Shown here: in pieces, positions 36,201 through 48,946 of the stretch
Numbering within the stretch: position 1 is the first letter of the stretch
Layout of the letters: every line of letters starts with the position of its first letter
NCBI GenBank assembly: GCA_028534125.1
Contig: CM052816.1
Coordinates: forward strand, 55,244,001-55,308,000
Reading direction: 5' to 3'
Source: Lama glama
Lineage: Eukaryota
Length of the DNA stretch: 64,000 bases
Position numbers and translations under genes: made by a program
The notes under the pieces: model-generated
The model's database searches: none
The model's input: only the letters and a program-made list of their open reading frames with translations
Told to the model about the DNA's origin: nothing

Positions 36201-37039
36201 TTGGGGCATCTGAGTGACCGCCTGGGGCGTCAGAGCTTGAGTGGAAGAGAGTGCAAGGTGGAGAGCCCGGAGGAGGGGTTGTTCCGCAGCACTCTCACAG
36301 ACCCCGCCAGCGTGAGGACGAGGGGAGCTGCCCAGACACACGGAGCGGCCATCAAGTCAGACAGATGGCCTGTAAGACGGCAGCCCCTTCCTCCTTGGTT
36401 CAGTCTCTAAGCATATGGTGTCGATGTAGAAAATCTGCATCCCAGATTCTTGGCAGACAGTGATTATAACTATTTATTTTTTATCAAGAGCTCAATGGTA
36501 ACAAAAAATATTTATGAAGGGCCTGAAGACCAGGCATTGCATCCATCTGATACTTTGAATGTTATACTTGTATTATGTCAGACCACCTGGGAGAGCTACA
36601 TACCTGAGATAGGTTTTTTCCTTTCTTTTTCTTTTTGTTTTTTTGCACTTTATTTTTTGTTGGACTTTGCCAATTTTGTTCATTGTACTTTGATAATATG
36701 CCATCATTCTACATATCAGGATATTATAAGACACAGTCTCATTGGTGTATGGTGGGGATGGTGGTGAGGGCTTCAGTCACTAGGTCAGGCAGCACCGCCT
36801 TTAAGTAATCCCAAGGGAAATTTTCTTTCAATTTTTACTATCAGTAAAAGTATACTAAAACCTCCTAGGCAAATGCTTTATTTTATCCTAGTTATACTTT
36901 AGCCTCTTATACAGGTTTGGGAAAAACTCCTCAGTTCTTGGAGTGTTTCAGGATTTAAATAAATAAGGATATATACGAAATTATTTTTTCAGCCTTTTTA
37001 GGTCAGATAATTGCTGTTATGTTAACTATTTTGAAGGTT

Positions 37040-38019
37040 GAAAAAATTCAAAACTATCTAATAATTAACTATGAAACTAGAAAACTGTGATAAAAAAAAC
37101 TTCACAACAATAATAACAAAGAGAACAAAAACTACAAACCAACCTCAATCATGAATACAGATACAAAATTCCTAAACAAAGTGCCTGCAAATTGAGTTTG
37201 GCATAATGAAAAAAAAAAAAAGGAGTAAACTATAACCTCATAGGTCTTACCAAAATGAAAGCACAGTCCAGTATTAAGAAATGTGTTAATAACAATCATA
37301 TTCACATAAGAAAATCCTATGATTGTATCTCAATATGTGTTGAAATGTTAATCCTTACAGTTTCACACCCACTCTTGATTCATTAGAAGTCTAGGTGTAG
37401 AGAAATATATTCTCAAAATATATATATATATATCAAACAGACAGCCATATTATTATTGGCAAAATACTGGGACATTCCCATTAAAATTAGGAGTGAAACA
37501 AAGAAATCCATCATCATTATCATCATTGTTTATCTTGGTTTTATAGGTACTGACCGTGGAGTAAAAATATGGACCAAAGATTTGAGACATAACCACATGA
37601 AAAAAGGAGGAGGAACTATCATTATATGCAGATGTTAAGACTGAATATGTATAAATATCAAGAAAAAAGTTTAGTAAAATGGCTGGAAGTCCATAGCTAT
37701 TCTGTATATTGGCAATAACTGCTATGAAGTATAATGGGAAAAGAGCCTATTCCCAAAAAGCAAGAGAAAGTGTAAAATACTCAAGAGTAAACTTAGCAAG
37801 AAAACTGTGGGAACTACATGAATAAAACCAAAGTTTTACTAAAATACGTAAAAGAAAAATTGACTACATGGAGACACATAATCTTGAATGGAAAATCTGA
37901 ATATTGTAAAGATGTCTGTTCTTCCAAAGTCAATTTATAGATTTAATAAAATACAAAATTCTTAAGGAATTCTGGAGGATGTTATAAAACAACTGTAAGT
38001 GTATCCAAATAAAATAGGT
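37040..38019 (+). mobile_element. Old L1M ORF2 remnant, continuing at ~38961-39780 and ~40270-40620
   Basis: A-rich degenerate ORF2 motifs (aactacaaaccaacctcaatcatgaatacagatacaaaattcctaaacaaa). Confidence 0.8.
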
Positions 38020-38038
38020 AAGAATTACTTAGGCATTT

Positions 38039-38941
38039 CTGATATACAAATGGCCAATAGGCACATGAAAAATTGCTCAATATAACTAATTATCAGAGAA
38101 ATGAAAATCAAAACTACAATGAGGTATCACCTCACAGCAGTCAGAATGGCCATCGTTAAAAAGTTCACAGATGATAAATGCTGGAGAGGCTGTGGAGAAA
38201 AGGGAGCCCTCCTACACTGCTGGTGGGAATGTAGTTTGGTGCAGCCATTATAGAAAACAGTATGGAGATTCCTCAAAACACTAAAAATAGACTTACCATA
38301 TGATCCAGCAATCCCATTTCTGGGTATATATACTATATTCTAATTCAAAAAGATACCTGCATCCCAATGTTCATAGCAGCACTATATACAATAGCCAAGA
38401 CATGGAAGCAACCTAAATGTCCATCAACAGATGACTGGACAAAGAAGTTGTGGTGTATTTATACAATGGAATACTACTCAGCCACAAAAAGAATAAAATA
38501 ATACCATTTGCAGCAACATGAATGGACCTGAAAACCATCATTCTAAATGAAGTAAGCCAGAAAGAGAAAGAAAAATACCATATGATACCACTCATATGTG
38601 GAATCTAAAAAAGGGGGAAAAAAGACACAAATGAACTCATCTATAAAACAGAAACAGACTCACAGACATAGTAAACAATCTTATGGTTACCAGGGGGAAA
38701 GAGGGTGGGAAGGGATAAATCGGGAGTTTGAGATTTACAAATATTAACTATAATCTATAAAAATAGATTAAAAAAACAAATTTCTTCTGTATAGCATAGG
38801 GAACTATATTCAATATCTTGTAGTAACCTATAATAAAAAAGAATATGAAAATGAATATATGTATGAATATGTAGGACTGAAATATTATTCTGTACATTAG
38901 AAATTGGCACATTGTAACTGAGTTTACTTCAATTTTTAAAA
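38039..38941 (+). mobile_element. Young 5'-truncated L1 (camelid/cetartiodactyl-like 3' end)
   Basis: ORF2 C-terminus plus 3'UTR; 19-bp TSD aagaattact(a/t)ggcattt at 38020-38038 and 38942-38960. Confidence 0.95.
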
Positions 38942-39329
38942 AAGAATTACTTTGGCATTTTTGGTAAGAGAAGAATGCTGAGCACCTATTCCCCAAATAC
39001 AGTAAGGTACATTAATTAACTCAGTTTGACGCTGGCATAAGGAGAGTTTGTAAAGTCAGTGGAGTCTAACAAACAGACCCTATCATATAGGGATTTTAAA
39101 TAAATCACAAATAATACTACTACCAATTCAATGAGTGCTTCCAAAGCCTACTGTGGAGATGTGATTAAATAACAAGGGAACATTTTTTTGGTATGTGTCG
39201 TTAAAAACAACATAAATAAAATCAGGAAGAAACTGGTAAATACTTGCACCAAATATGAAAAAGATCGATAGACTTGATAGCCTTCATGTAAAAAACACTT
39301 GTACAAATTATTAAGGAAAAAATAAGGAG

Positions 39330-39590
39330 AGATTTGGGGGAGGTGGATGAGTGAAATAGGTGAGGGAGATTAAGAGGCACAAACTTCCAGTTAGAAAATA
39401 AATGTCAGGGAGACGTAATGCACGGCAGAGGGAATTTGGTCAATAATAGTGTAATACTTTGTATGGTGACAGACAGAAACTAGACTTATCATGGTGATCA
39501 TTTTGTACAAAAATATCAAATCACTATGTTGTACATCTAAACTAATATGACATCACAAGTCAATTATACTTCAATAAAAAAATAAATAAA
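39330..39590 (+). mobile_element. L1MA9-like 3' end
   Basis: gattaagaggcacaaacttccagtta...gtatggtgacaga...gtcaattatacttcaataaaaaa. Confidence 0.75.
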
Positions 39591-41027
39591 TCCTTGGTAG
39601 ATAAACGGAAAAAGGAAATAAATTGGAAACCACTTAGCAGGAACTACATGTGGTTAATGAACAAATACTCAACATCATGAACACTCAATAAAACATAGTT
39701 TAAAGCAACAATACATTTTTTGTCATCAAAAATTATAAGTGAAAATTGTTTATTAACTATTTTAGATTACATCTACTTTAAGAATTTAAAGCAGTTAAAA
39801 TATAAATGACATAAAAATTATTTTTAAGGTAAGAAAATCAAATCTAAGCCAAAATAAAATCAAGCAATACACCTTCTGTAGTACTGGAAAATGAGCCACA
39901 GCCTGACTTCTGAAATCTCTGGTGGCCAAATAGAGAAGGAAACACACGGAATTGTTGGGGTCCATTTGATTAGACACACAAGTTATTTAATAGGGACACA
40001 GCTTCCCCTGGCAATGAAATCTGAGAGCAATTTCTCTCCTATGTTTTCCTAAAAGGTCAGTAAGTGACAGACCATGTCTTCAACAGCTCTGGTACAAAGA
40101 GAGTTGTGTATGCTTTTTTTCTCACAGTACAACTTGATGTGTTATTTTTTAAAAAGGAGAGGAGCATGTGAAGATGAGACAACACAGAACAGAGGTTATA
40201 GAACGTCATGAAATGTCCTTTCTGATAAACCCCTGACGGTGGTGCTATTTGAGGATTTAAGGAAACAATTTTCAGTATATGCCAAAAGCTGTAAATCCAT
40301 TTCTACTACTTTGATGCAGTAATCCCCTTTCAGAGTCTATCCTAAGATGGACCTTAAAAACAGAAAACATCCCAAAGCTGTTCAATGCAGTATTACTTAC
40401 AATTGTACAAAACTGGAAACAACCTAAATATCTAACAGAAGACCAGCTTAGCAAACTATGGTGTGTACACCATACAAACATTTACAAAATATCACATAAT
40501 CATTCAAATGATATAATGAACAGTTTCTAACAACATGGGGAAATCATTAAATTATATGAAGAGAAAAACAGAGGGTATAAAATTGTATATGCAGTATGAT
40601 CTCAATTACATGTACTATATACTTAACAGAATCACTCATTTACTTTATATTTTTCCATACTTGTTATAAAGTAAGAGATACTTCTTTTTAATCGGAAGAA
40701 TGAACTTTAAAGTTCATAGAAGACAGACGGCTTTTAAACAGCTGTGATGACTGGGCTTAGGGTACCCACCTTGATACTGTTCGATCTCTATGCCTACGAG
40801 CTGAGGTAAGGATTCTATCACGCCTTTGATTTTCAAGATTTCTGGTTTGCTGTCTTCTGACAGATGTTCAGTCCACTGATGTGGAGGTTTTGATGCAGGA
40901 TATTTAAACATTTTGCTTTAAAAAACTATATTCCAGTTCATGTTTTTAGTCACAGGTTACTGTTGGGTAATATATTCTAAGAATTTTATCAAGCAAGAGA
41001 CACTATTATATTTCAAAAACAATAAAC

Positions 41028-41527
41028 NNNNNNNNNNNNNNNNNNNNNNNNNNNNNNNNNNNNNNNNNNNNNNNNNNNNNNNNNNNNNNNNNNNNNNNNN
41101 NNNNNNNNNNNNNNNNNNNNNNNNNNNNNNNNNNNNNNNNNNNNNNNNNNNNNNNNNNNNNNNNNNNNNNNNNNNNNNNNNNNNNNNNNNNNNNNNNNNN
41201 NNNNNNNNNNNNNNNNNNNNNNNNNNNNNNNNNNNNNNNNNNNNNNNNNNNNNNNNNNNNNNNNNNNNNNNNNNNNNNNNNNNNNNNNNNNNNNNNNNNN
41301 NNNNNNNNNNNNNNNNNNNNNNNNNNNNNNNNNNNNNNNNNNNNNNNNNNNNNNNNNNNNNNNNNNNNNNNNNNNNNNNNNNNNNNNNNNNNNNNNNNNN
41401 NNNNNNNNNNNNNNNNNNNNNNNNNNNNNNNNNNNNNNNNNNNNNNNNNNNNNNNNNNNNNNNNNNNNNNNNNNNNNNNNNNNNNNNNNNNNNNNNNNNN
41501 NNNNNNNNNNNNNNNNNNNNNNNNNNN
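41028..41527. other. Assembly gap (exactly 500 N)
   Basis: Run of N; the round length suggests a placeholder size. Confidence 0.99.
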
Positions 41528-44500
41528 CACTGATCTCATAACACCACTCTGGGTGGAAGGTCAGAACCTGCAACCACCACCTTTGCAGGAAATGGCTCTC
41601 CTAGTGCCTGCTTTCCTACTTTCTTTTCTTCTGAATCAAAGCCTTTCATAATGATATCCTGGGGCTGGCAGACCTGAGACACATACCTGCACCTTCGCTG
41701 CAAGGGAAGCTGAAAAGAATTTCTAGCTACTCCCTGGGGTGGGGGGAGGACATAAAATATATGAAATCTCACAAATACAAGGGACAGCAGAGCAAGACAA
41801 GTCAATAGGTGTAAACAATTCATCAGTTCCACGAAGGGGAGAAGTCTTGCGAAGGGACAGTCACTTTCTGATTAGATATAGGCAATCACGTCTGATGATG
41901 CCTGGACATTTTATCATCCTGTGTAAGGCAGGTTTTTCTAATGGGCTGAGAGAGGAGTTACGGAAACTACGCAGTGTGAAGGAAGCACTTACGTAGCTGG
42001 GAGGCAGGGCAACATGGCAGAGAAGTGGGATGACTCGCCTCTCTCCCAGGGTGTATATCTGAACGCCTGCCTCATGGTCAGAAAAGCCCACGCAACTCAA
42101 AGGAGATACGGCTTTGTTCTCTCTACCTCTGGAAGAGCTTATTTGGGCGTAATTTAAAGCAACTCCGATAACTTGGCTGACTGCCATGGTAAGAAATGTA
42201 ATACTGCTTTTGATACTTTCATCTTCAAATTGACAAGCATGTGACGTGGTCCTCAGTAAAGAGCCTTTCCCACATCTCAGGATTTTTTGCCAAGTCACTG
42301 GAGTAAAGTGCTATAAAGCAGTAATAGAAGTTGAACACAGGAAAATTACATTGGTTTGTTTTTTTTTTTCAGGTACAAAAAACTCCTGATACCAAACTCA
42401 GGTAACCACCTATCAGACCCCTCTGTCCTTCTCTCTTTTCAAAAATTACTCTAAAAATTGCATCATATAAAACACTTGTCCAGTTTTTGTAGACAAAGAT
42501 GACAGCAGGTTTTATAAATATTTTAAGGGCCATTAAGTTAATTGCCTCAGGGATAAGAAAACTCAGGAACATCTAAACTATTTCAGTTCAACATTCCTTC
42601 CTGGTTTCATATACTAAGAGGGTTAAAAAAGAACCAAAACATATATAACTCCTTAAAAAAAAAAAGCATTGTCTTTGTTTTGCATTTGACATGGATATCA
42701 TTCTGTGGGCTACCTGACCCTTTTTTGCAATTCTCTTGATGTATATATATTTCACAATGTCCGTTTGAGGAAGATAGTTTCAAGTGAAGGAACACAGTAG
42801 TGTAAACTCACAGGTTTCCATCCCTCTGTGTATCCTATATAATCACGCATGTGGCAGGGCCTCAATACATATTAGCTGATGAAGATAATGATGACTGATT
42901 CTTTATCTCAAAGATTACAGCACAGACGGTATAGTCTATTACTGCACATATTTAGATAACTCTTACCCAGAATACAATCTGGGGTGAAGGGAGGGCAGTG
43001 TTTCATCTCTTTCTTTCTGACACGGCTATTTTGTAAACCAAGCTAAGTTCCCTGCTAGAGTAAAGATGACAAATCTAGGCTTTGAGAAATTATTAGAAAA
43101 TAGGAAATAATTTCAGTTATTTGTTTCTGGTGAGAAAAATAATAGAAAACATTTACATAACCCAACATTCCATTATTTATCAAAAGTCAGAATATTTGTG
43201 ACTGTTTACAGTATTCTGAAAGTTATTTATACCTTCATGTCAAAGCATTCCAAACTTGAACAGATGAACAAGATTATAAAATAATATTATAATCAAGTTT
43301 TATAAAATCTACATTTTTTATCTTAGTATTCTGAAGTGATCTTGAAGCATTCTTTTTTATATTTTAAAATGTGATTAGATTTGCTTTGTAATACTAATAC
43401 CAAATTTCAACTTCTAGTCCCACTCATAAGGCAAATCATTTTCCAATTTATTGTGTTCCAAATTTAATTGTGTAATAATGAAAAAACAGAATATTCAGTA
43501 CTTGTTGGAATACTCTCCTTCAGCTCTTAGGAGGTTCCTAGTCTGTGTCTATATTCTATTAGGCACTTAAAAGTATGTCTTTACCAATATTTATCTCTTT
43601 TCACTCTAAGCTGTTGCTTCATAGACATGAGAATTTAATTAGCTATGACAGGGGAAACAAATAAACCTGATGTGGTTCTGGGCAGGGTTCGGGTATGCAA
43701 TAGGACTGGACAGGAGACAATTAGGTTGGAGTTTTCCTGGCAGTAGACCACCCACGTGTCACAATGAGCTCAGGACTGATGGAGAAGATCTGGTGCACCC
43801 CAGGACAGATCAAAGATCTGAAATGGGCTCCCCTTGGAAGATGGCTTAACTTTCACCTCAGACCGAGAATCACCTGGGTTATTCGTGGTCATGTCACTTG
43901 AGGTCGCTCAGGGGAAGGGACACCTTCAGGATGCTCCTTGGTACCTTTCTTGTCACCATAGCCAGTTTCCTGTCTGCACTTGCATTTCTGCCATTAATCC
44001 AGACATAATGCCTGGCTCATAGCAGATTTATCCAATAAATAAATGCAAACAAGAGAAGAAATCAAATATGCTTTCAGTGTAGAAGAAACTTTAACAATAC
44101 CTTAAAGAAATGTTCTATCTAAAACAAAAATATGATCATTAAACAGTCCCTATAAAGTATTTCTTTAAAAGATACAGCAAAAAAATACTGAATAATTCAA
44201 ATTACTCATAAGCATTAACCCTGTTTCAAGGAAAAAAATTTGTCGTTATTTTCCAAAATGGACCATAAACCTTGATCAAGATTATTAGACCAATTAGTGA
44301 GGCTTTAACTTAACCCAGAATAATGACAATAATAATTACAGCCAGTCACATTGCTCTGTAATTTTACATTCATCATAGTCCCTGATAATCATCCAAACCC
44401 AAAGTGATAGGAACTCATACTCATTACAGGTGAGGAAACTGAGTCTCAGAGACTGTGTAGCTTGTCCAAGGTCACATGTCTAGTTAGCAGCAGAACCAGA

Positions 44501-44706
44501 ATTAAAACCTCTTACATTTAACCTGTGAGAGAAGGACTGCAGCTCTGGTTATACCATGAAGCTAGGTTTATGTAAAATGCCTTCAGCCTTTTTCCTTCTC
44601 ATTAATTATTAGTAGTTTCCGTCTCTATAGTATCTTAATGTGTAATACTGTGAGTCTTACCACATCCTATGACATTTATAGGGCAGATAGTGGGATCTTC
44701 CTTTTT

Positions 44707-45515
44707 TAATTAATTAATTAATTAATTAATTTGTAATTGACGTATAGTCAATTTCCAATGTTGTGTACAGCATAATGTTTCAGTCATAATGCACATACAT
44801 CTATTTATTTCATATTCTTTTTCATTATAGGTTACAACAAGATATTGAATATAGTTCCCTGCTATACAGAAGAAACCTGTGTATCTATTTTATATACAGT
44901 AGTTAGTATCTGCAAATCTCAAACTCCAATTGATTTCTTCCTATCCCCTTTACCCTCTGGTAACCATAAGGCTTCCGGTTGATGTCATATGCTATTTTTC
45001 TTTCTCCTTCTGGCTTACTTCACTTAGAATGATGACCTCCAGGTTCATCCATGTTGCTGCAAATGGCATTATTTTATTTTTTATGGATGAGTAGTATTCC
45101 ATTGTATAAATATAACACAGCTACTTTATCCAGTCATCTGTCAATGGACATTTAGGTTGTTTCCATGTCTTGGGTATTGTATATAGTGCTGCTATGAACA
45201 TTGGGGTGCATGTATCTTTTCAAATTAGAGTTCCCTCCAGATATACGCCCAGGAGTGGGATTGCTGGATCAGGCGGTAAGTCTATTTTTAGTGTTTTGAG
45301 GAATCTCCATACTGTTTTCCGTAATGGCTGCACCAAATTGCATTCCCATCAGCAGTGTAGGAGAATACCCTTCTCCACACCCTCTCCAGCATTTATCATT
45401 TGTGGATTTCTGAATGATTGCCATTTTGACTGGTGTTAGGTAATACCTCATTGTAGTTTTGATCTTCATTTCTCTGATAATTAGTGATACTGAAAATTTT
45501 TTCATGTGCCTATTT
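44707..45515 (-). mobile_element. Young 5'-truncated L1 inserted in a MIR; tail decayed to (TAAT)n
   Basis: ORF 45269-45520 is L1 ORF2 C-terminal-like ([34 protein letters not shown]). TSD-like atcttc(c/t)tttt at 44695 and 45519. Confidence 0.93.
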
Positions 45516-47529
45516 CCCATCTTCTTTTTACGAACAGGGAAATTGAAGCTCAGAAGTTTTGACTTGCTAGAGTCACAAAGCTGGTATGGACTCAGAATAC
45601 ATTGGTCTTTTTATAATACACACTGCCTCCTTGAAGCACATCTCAAAACTAACAGACAATGAATATCAAAGAGTCACAACTGAATTACTTAAAACAACAA
45701 CAATAAAACTAAATAAAAAACACTGGATATCTGACAAAACAATAGTTCCAGACCAGAACTAGTGATAGAAACCTATTTTTTTAGGTTATAAAAGACAAAG
45801 TCATTGTAAAATTATTTCCTGCAGAATGATTTTGGACATTGAAAATGTCGCACTTGGTCTTTGACTAGTTTAGCACAGATAAGAACAGATCAACCTCACA
45901 GCATCACACATCAGTCAATTAACTTTCTCCCAGTCCATGACTAAAGACTGAATGATATGTGACCTCTAAACCATAGCATCAAAATATCTGCTATTTGATC
46001 TGATGGCTGATACATTCCAGACTAAAATGCATATTTCTCTCATTTCAATTCCAAAGACTAGCACTGTACCACAGAGCTTATGTCAATCAGGGAGTTTTGT
46101 TGAGCAGTGTGGCATATATATTCATGACCTCAATGTTGAACTGAGAAGACAAATGACACCTGAAACAAAAAAAGGTCAGCTTTCTTCAGGCACAGATGCT
46201 TGTCACAGATTTCAGAATCCACAATAGTTATCTGAAATTCTTGAGTGTTCTACTTTTGGGGGGCCCATATTAAAAGTTAGGAATTAAAATATCTTGTACA
46301 GCCTGCAGTCTAAAACAGGCTTGTAAGAGTGTGATATGGAACACATGGGAAGTCTTAAAATCTCTCCCCCATTAGTTAGTAACAATGCCTGAAATTCCAC
46401 TGAAGTGTTTTATTTTTCTGGGACTAATACTTTAAACTTAGTGTATTGTTAATACATATGATTATAACGATTCAGTACAGTATCAATACATACTATTATA
46501 ATAATGTAGTATTATATTATGTATAATATATGATATAATTTATAATATAAACACTCCAGGAGAGGTTAATAAGCATTATTATGCTGGCCAGAATGTATTT
46601 CATGTATTTTACTTTGAAGTAGTAGCTACTTGAGAATTAGACTCTGTTGGAAGAAAGATTTCCAAGGGAGAAACTGTAGGGACTGAGTTTTAATAAGGAC
46701 CTTTAGTGGTGATGACAGACCTTGGTTGGAATCCTACTTAGAGAGTCCGAGAAGTCAGCAGCAGAATGTGCTGGACCAGTGCCCTGGCCATCAGATGGTT
46801 GGACAAGGAAGAAACACAATATACATGTATTCTTTCTGATCCCAGGTTCCTGGTACCCATAGTACTGGGGCTTCAGAGTCTTAGGATATATTGATAAAAA
46901 CACAGCGCATCATTCCACTGAAGCCAGCCTAGGGTCTTTTATTATTCAGTTATCAGCCTTTTCTAAGTTTTAACACTACAGTACCTTATTTACCTTCCAG
47001 TGATAGCCTGCCCTTGGTAAGCGCAACTCACATAACAAATGAGACAGGAGAATCTTAATGCTTGCCCATAATCCTTGAATATGAATGTATTTAAGCTTTC
47101 TCAAGCACAGTGATCTCAAAAAATCAAAAGGTACTTAATCAGTAACACAGCTAAAATCAGATTCAATGTTTTAGAAAAATGAATTTAAAAAATTTCTCAG
47201 ACTTGATGGGAAGAAAATAAAATTTCCAAGAAAACCAAGCACTAAAAGTTTTTGGGTTTCTTTTTAGTTTTTAAGATGACCTCCAATGGCTTGAAGACTT
47301 GATCTTGCAGGCCAAGATGCTATTGCAGGGGGAAACCTTGGCTGGGGGGAAAACCTGAATTTGGCATCTATGTTCCACAAATGGACCAAGTGGCCACAAT
47401 TCAGAAAAAATAAATTGACCCATTAATCTGCTGACAAGGAAAAAGAAGAAAGTTCCCACTTTTTTTCTCATGTGTTTACTTTTTCAAAGACCAAAAATTT
47501 TTTTCAATATAAAAGGTAAACACCCAGAA

Positions 47530-48330
47530 ATAACTATTTAGTTGCTATTTTGGCTTATTTGTCTTTTTGTCTGATGCCTAGATTTTTATACATTTTTTAA
47601 AACTTCGTTTTAAACAAGATATTTAGATAATTGCAATCATTTTGTGACCCGCTTCCCTCACTTAACATTTAGACAGAATTCTTTCCCATTATATTACAAA
47701 TTATGTAAACACCCGTTTTCATTGCTGTGTTGAAAACAATGCATAATCAGTTTGCTAATTTTGAGTGATTTTAAATGTTTTACTATCTAAGTAATGTTGT
47801 GATGGTCATCTTTGTTGACTAAGCTCTACTAAGTTTTTGAACACATAAAATGAATTTCCAGAAGTGGAACTACTGGATCCAAAGGCATAATCATCTATAT
47901 GACACATGTTGCTAAATTAAATCCTAAAGGATTGTACCAGTTTAGTCTCTGACACATTTACCTCCTCTATCTTTGATAGCTCTGGGTATTATCACGTAAA
48001 CATTTGCTGCTTTGATAAAGAAAAGTGTTATTTTGTTGTTTTTATTGGAATTTTTCCATTAGTAGTCCTGTTGAACTCTTTTTTTGTGTGTGTATTAGCT
48101 AAGCAGTTATATGGCATTTTCTGTGAATTTCTTACTTGAATATTGAAGTTCGTATGTCTTCTTAATGGCTTGTGAGAATATTTTAGAAAGATAACTTTTT
48201 ATTTGTTACATTTGCTGCAGATTTCCATTGCTGAGTTTATCTTTGTGTTGGCTGTGCTTTTAATTTTAAAAACTACAAATGTTTTAAATTTGCATGTGGT
48301 CATATGTATTTACACTTTGTGATCCAGCTT
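47530..48330 (-). mobile_element. Old L1ME-like remnant
   Basis: ccagaagtggaactactggatccaaagg and gattgtaccagttta motifs. Confidence 0.65.
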
Positions 48331-48872
48331 GCTTATTATTATTTTTAATCTAGACAAGTAGCAGGGAAGTTTAGATACTTTCCTCCCCGTGGCTTTCCCT
48401 TAAAGAAGTAATTTACCTAAATTTGATGAGAAAGAAGAAGATCACATATTTCCAAATTTAAGATTCATCTTGGTTTTACTCTGTCACTTGGTACAAATCT
48501 GAATTGTTCCAGGTCACTTTCTTTTGAGGTTTTAATTCCAGTGCATAGAGATGAAAAGCCATCAATGAGAACAGGGGCTTATAACCAGATTTAAATGCCA
48601 GAGTTTTAAACGCTCTGGTGGATTTTGATGAGGAATTGGGGGAGGAATACTAAGTGGTAAATCCCTTACAGGAAAAATTGAAAAAGAGGAACAAAGGAAT
48701 GGACAAACGGCTAATGAACAGAAGAGTGAAGAAACACTGTCTTATCTCTGCAAGTTTTAGCATTCTCCAGCCCTCGAGGGTGACCTCCATTTTCACCTGG
48801 GATTCATCTTCTTTGGTTCGGAATCCCTAAGGCTCTGACTACGGAGATACCCTAGAGACAACCCCAGGATTT

Positions 48873-48946
48873 TATATATATATATATATATATGTATATG
48901 TATTTTTTTAAATTTTATTATATAAATTTTTTAATTGAAGTATAGT
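48873..48946 (-). mobile_element. Extremely truncated L1 tail with (TA)n microsatellite
   Basis: ttaattgaagtatagtc matches the young L1 terminus (compare 44735-44749); TSD caggattt at 48865-48872 and 48947-48954. Confidence 0.75.

Noticed and set aside
40940..41573. ORFs of 177-197 aa
   Set aside because: They are open only because they cross the N gap.
46720..46790. Possible small minus-strand exon (CAG|ggcactgg...caag|GTCTGT)
   Set aside because: Weak donor, interrupted pyrimidine tract and no recognisable peptide.
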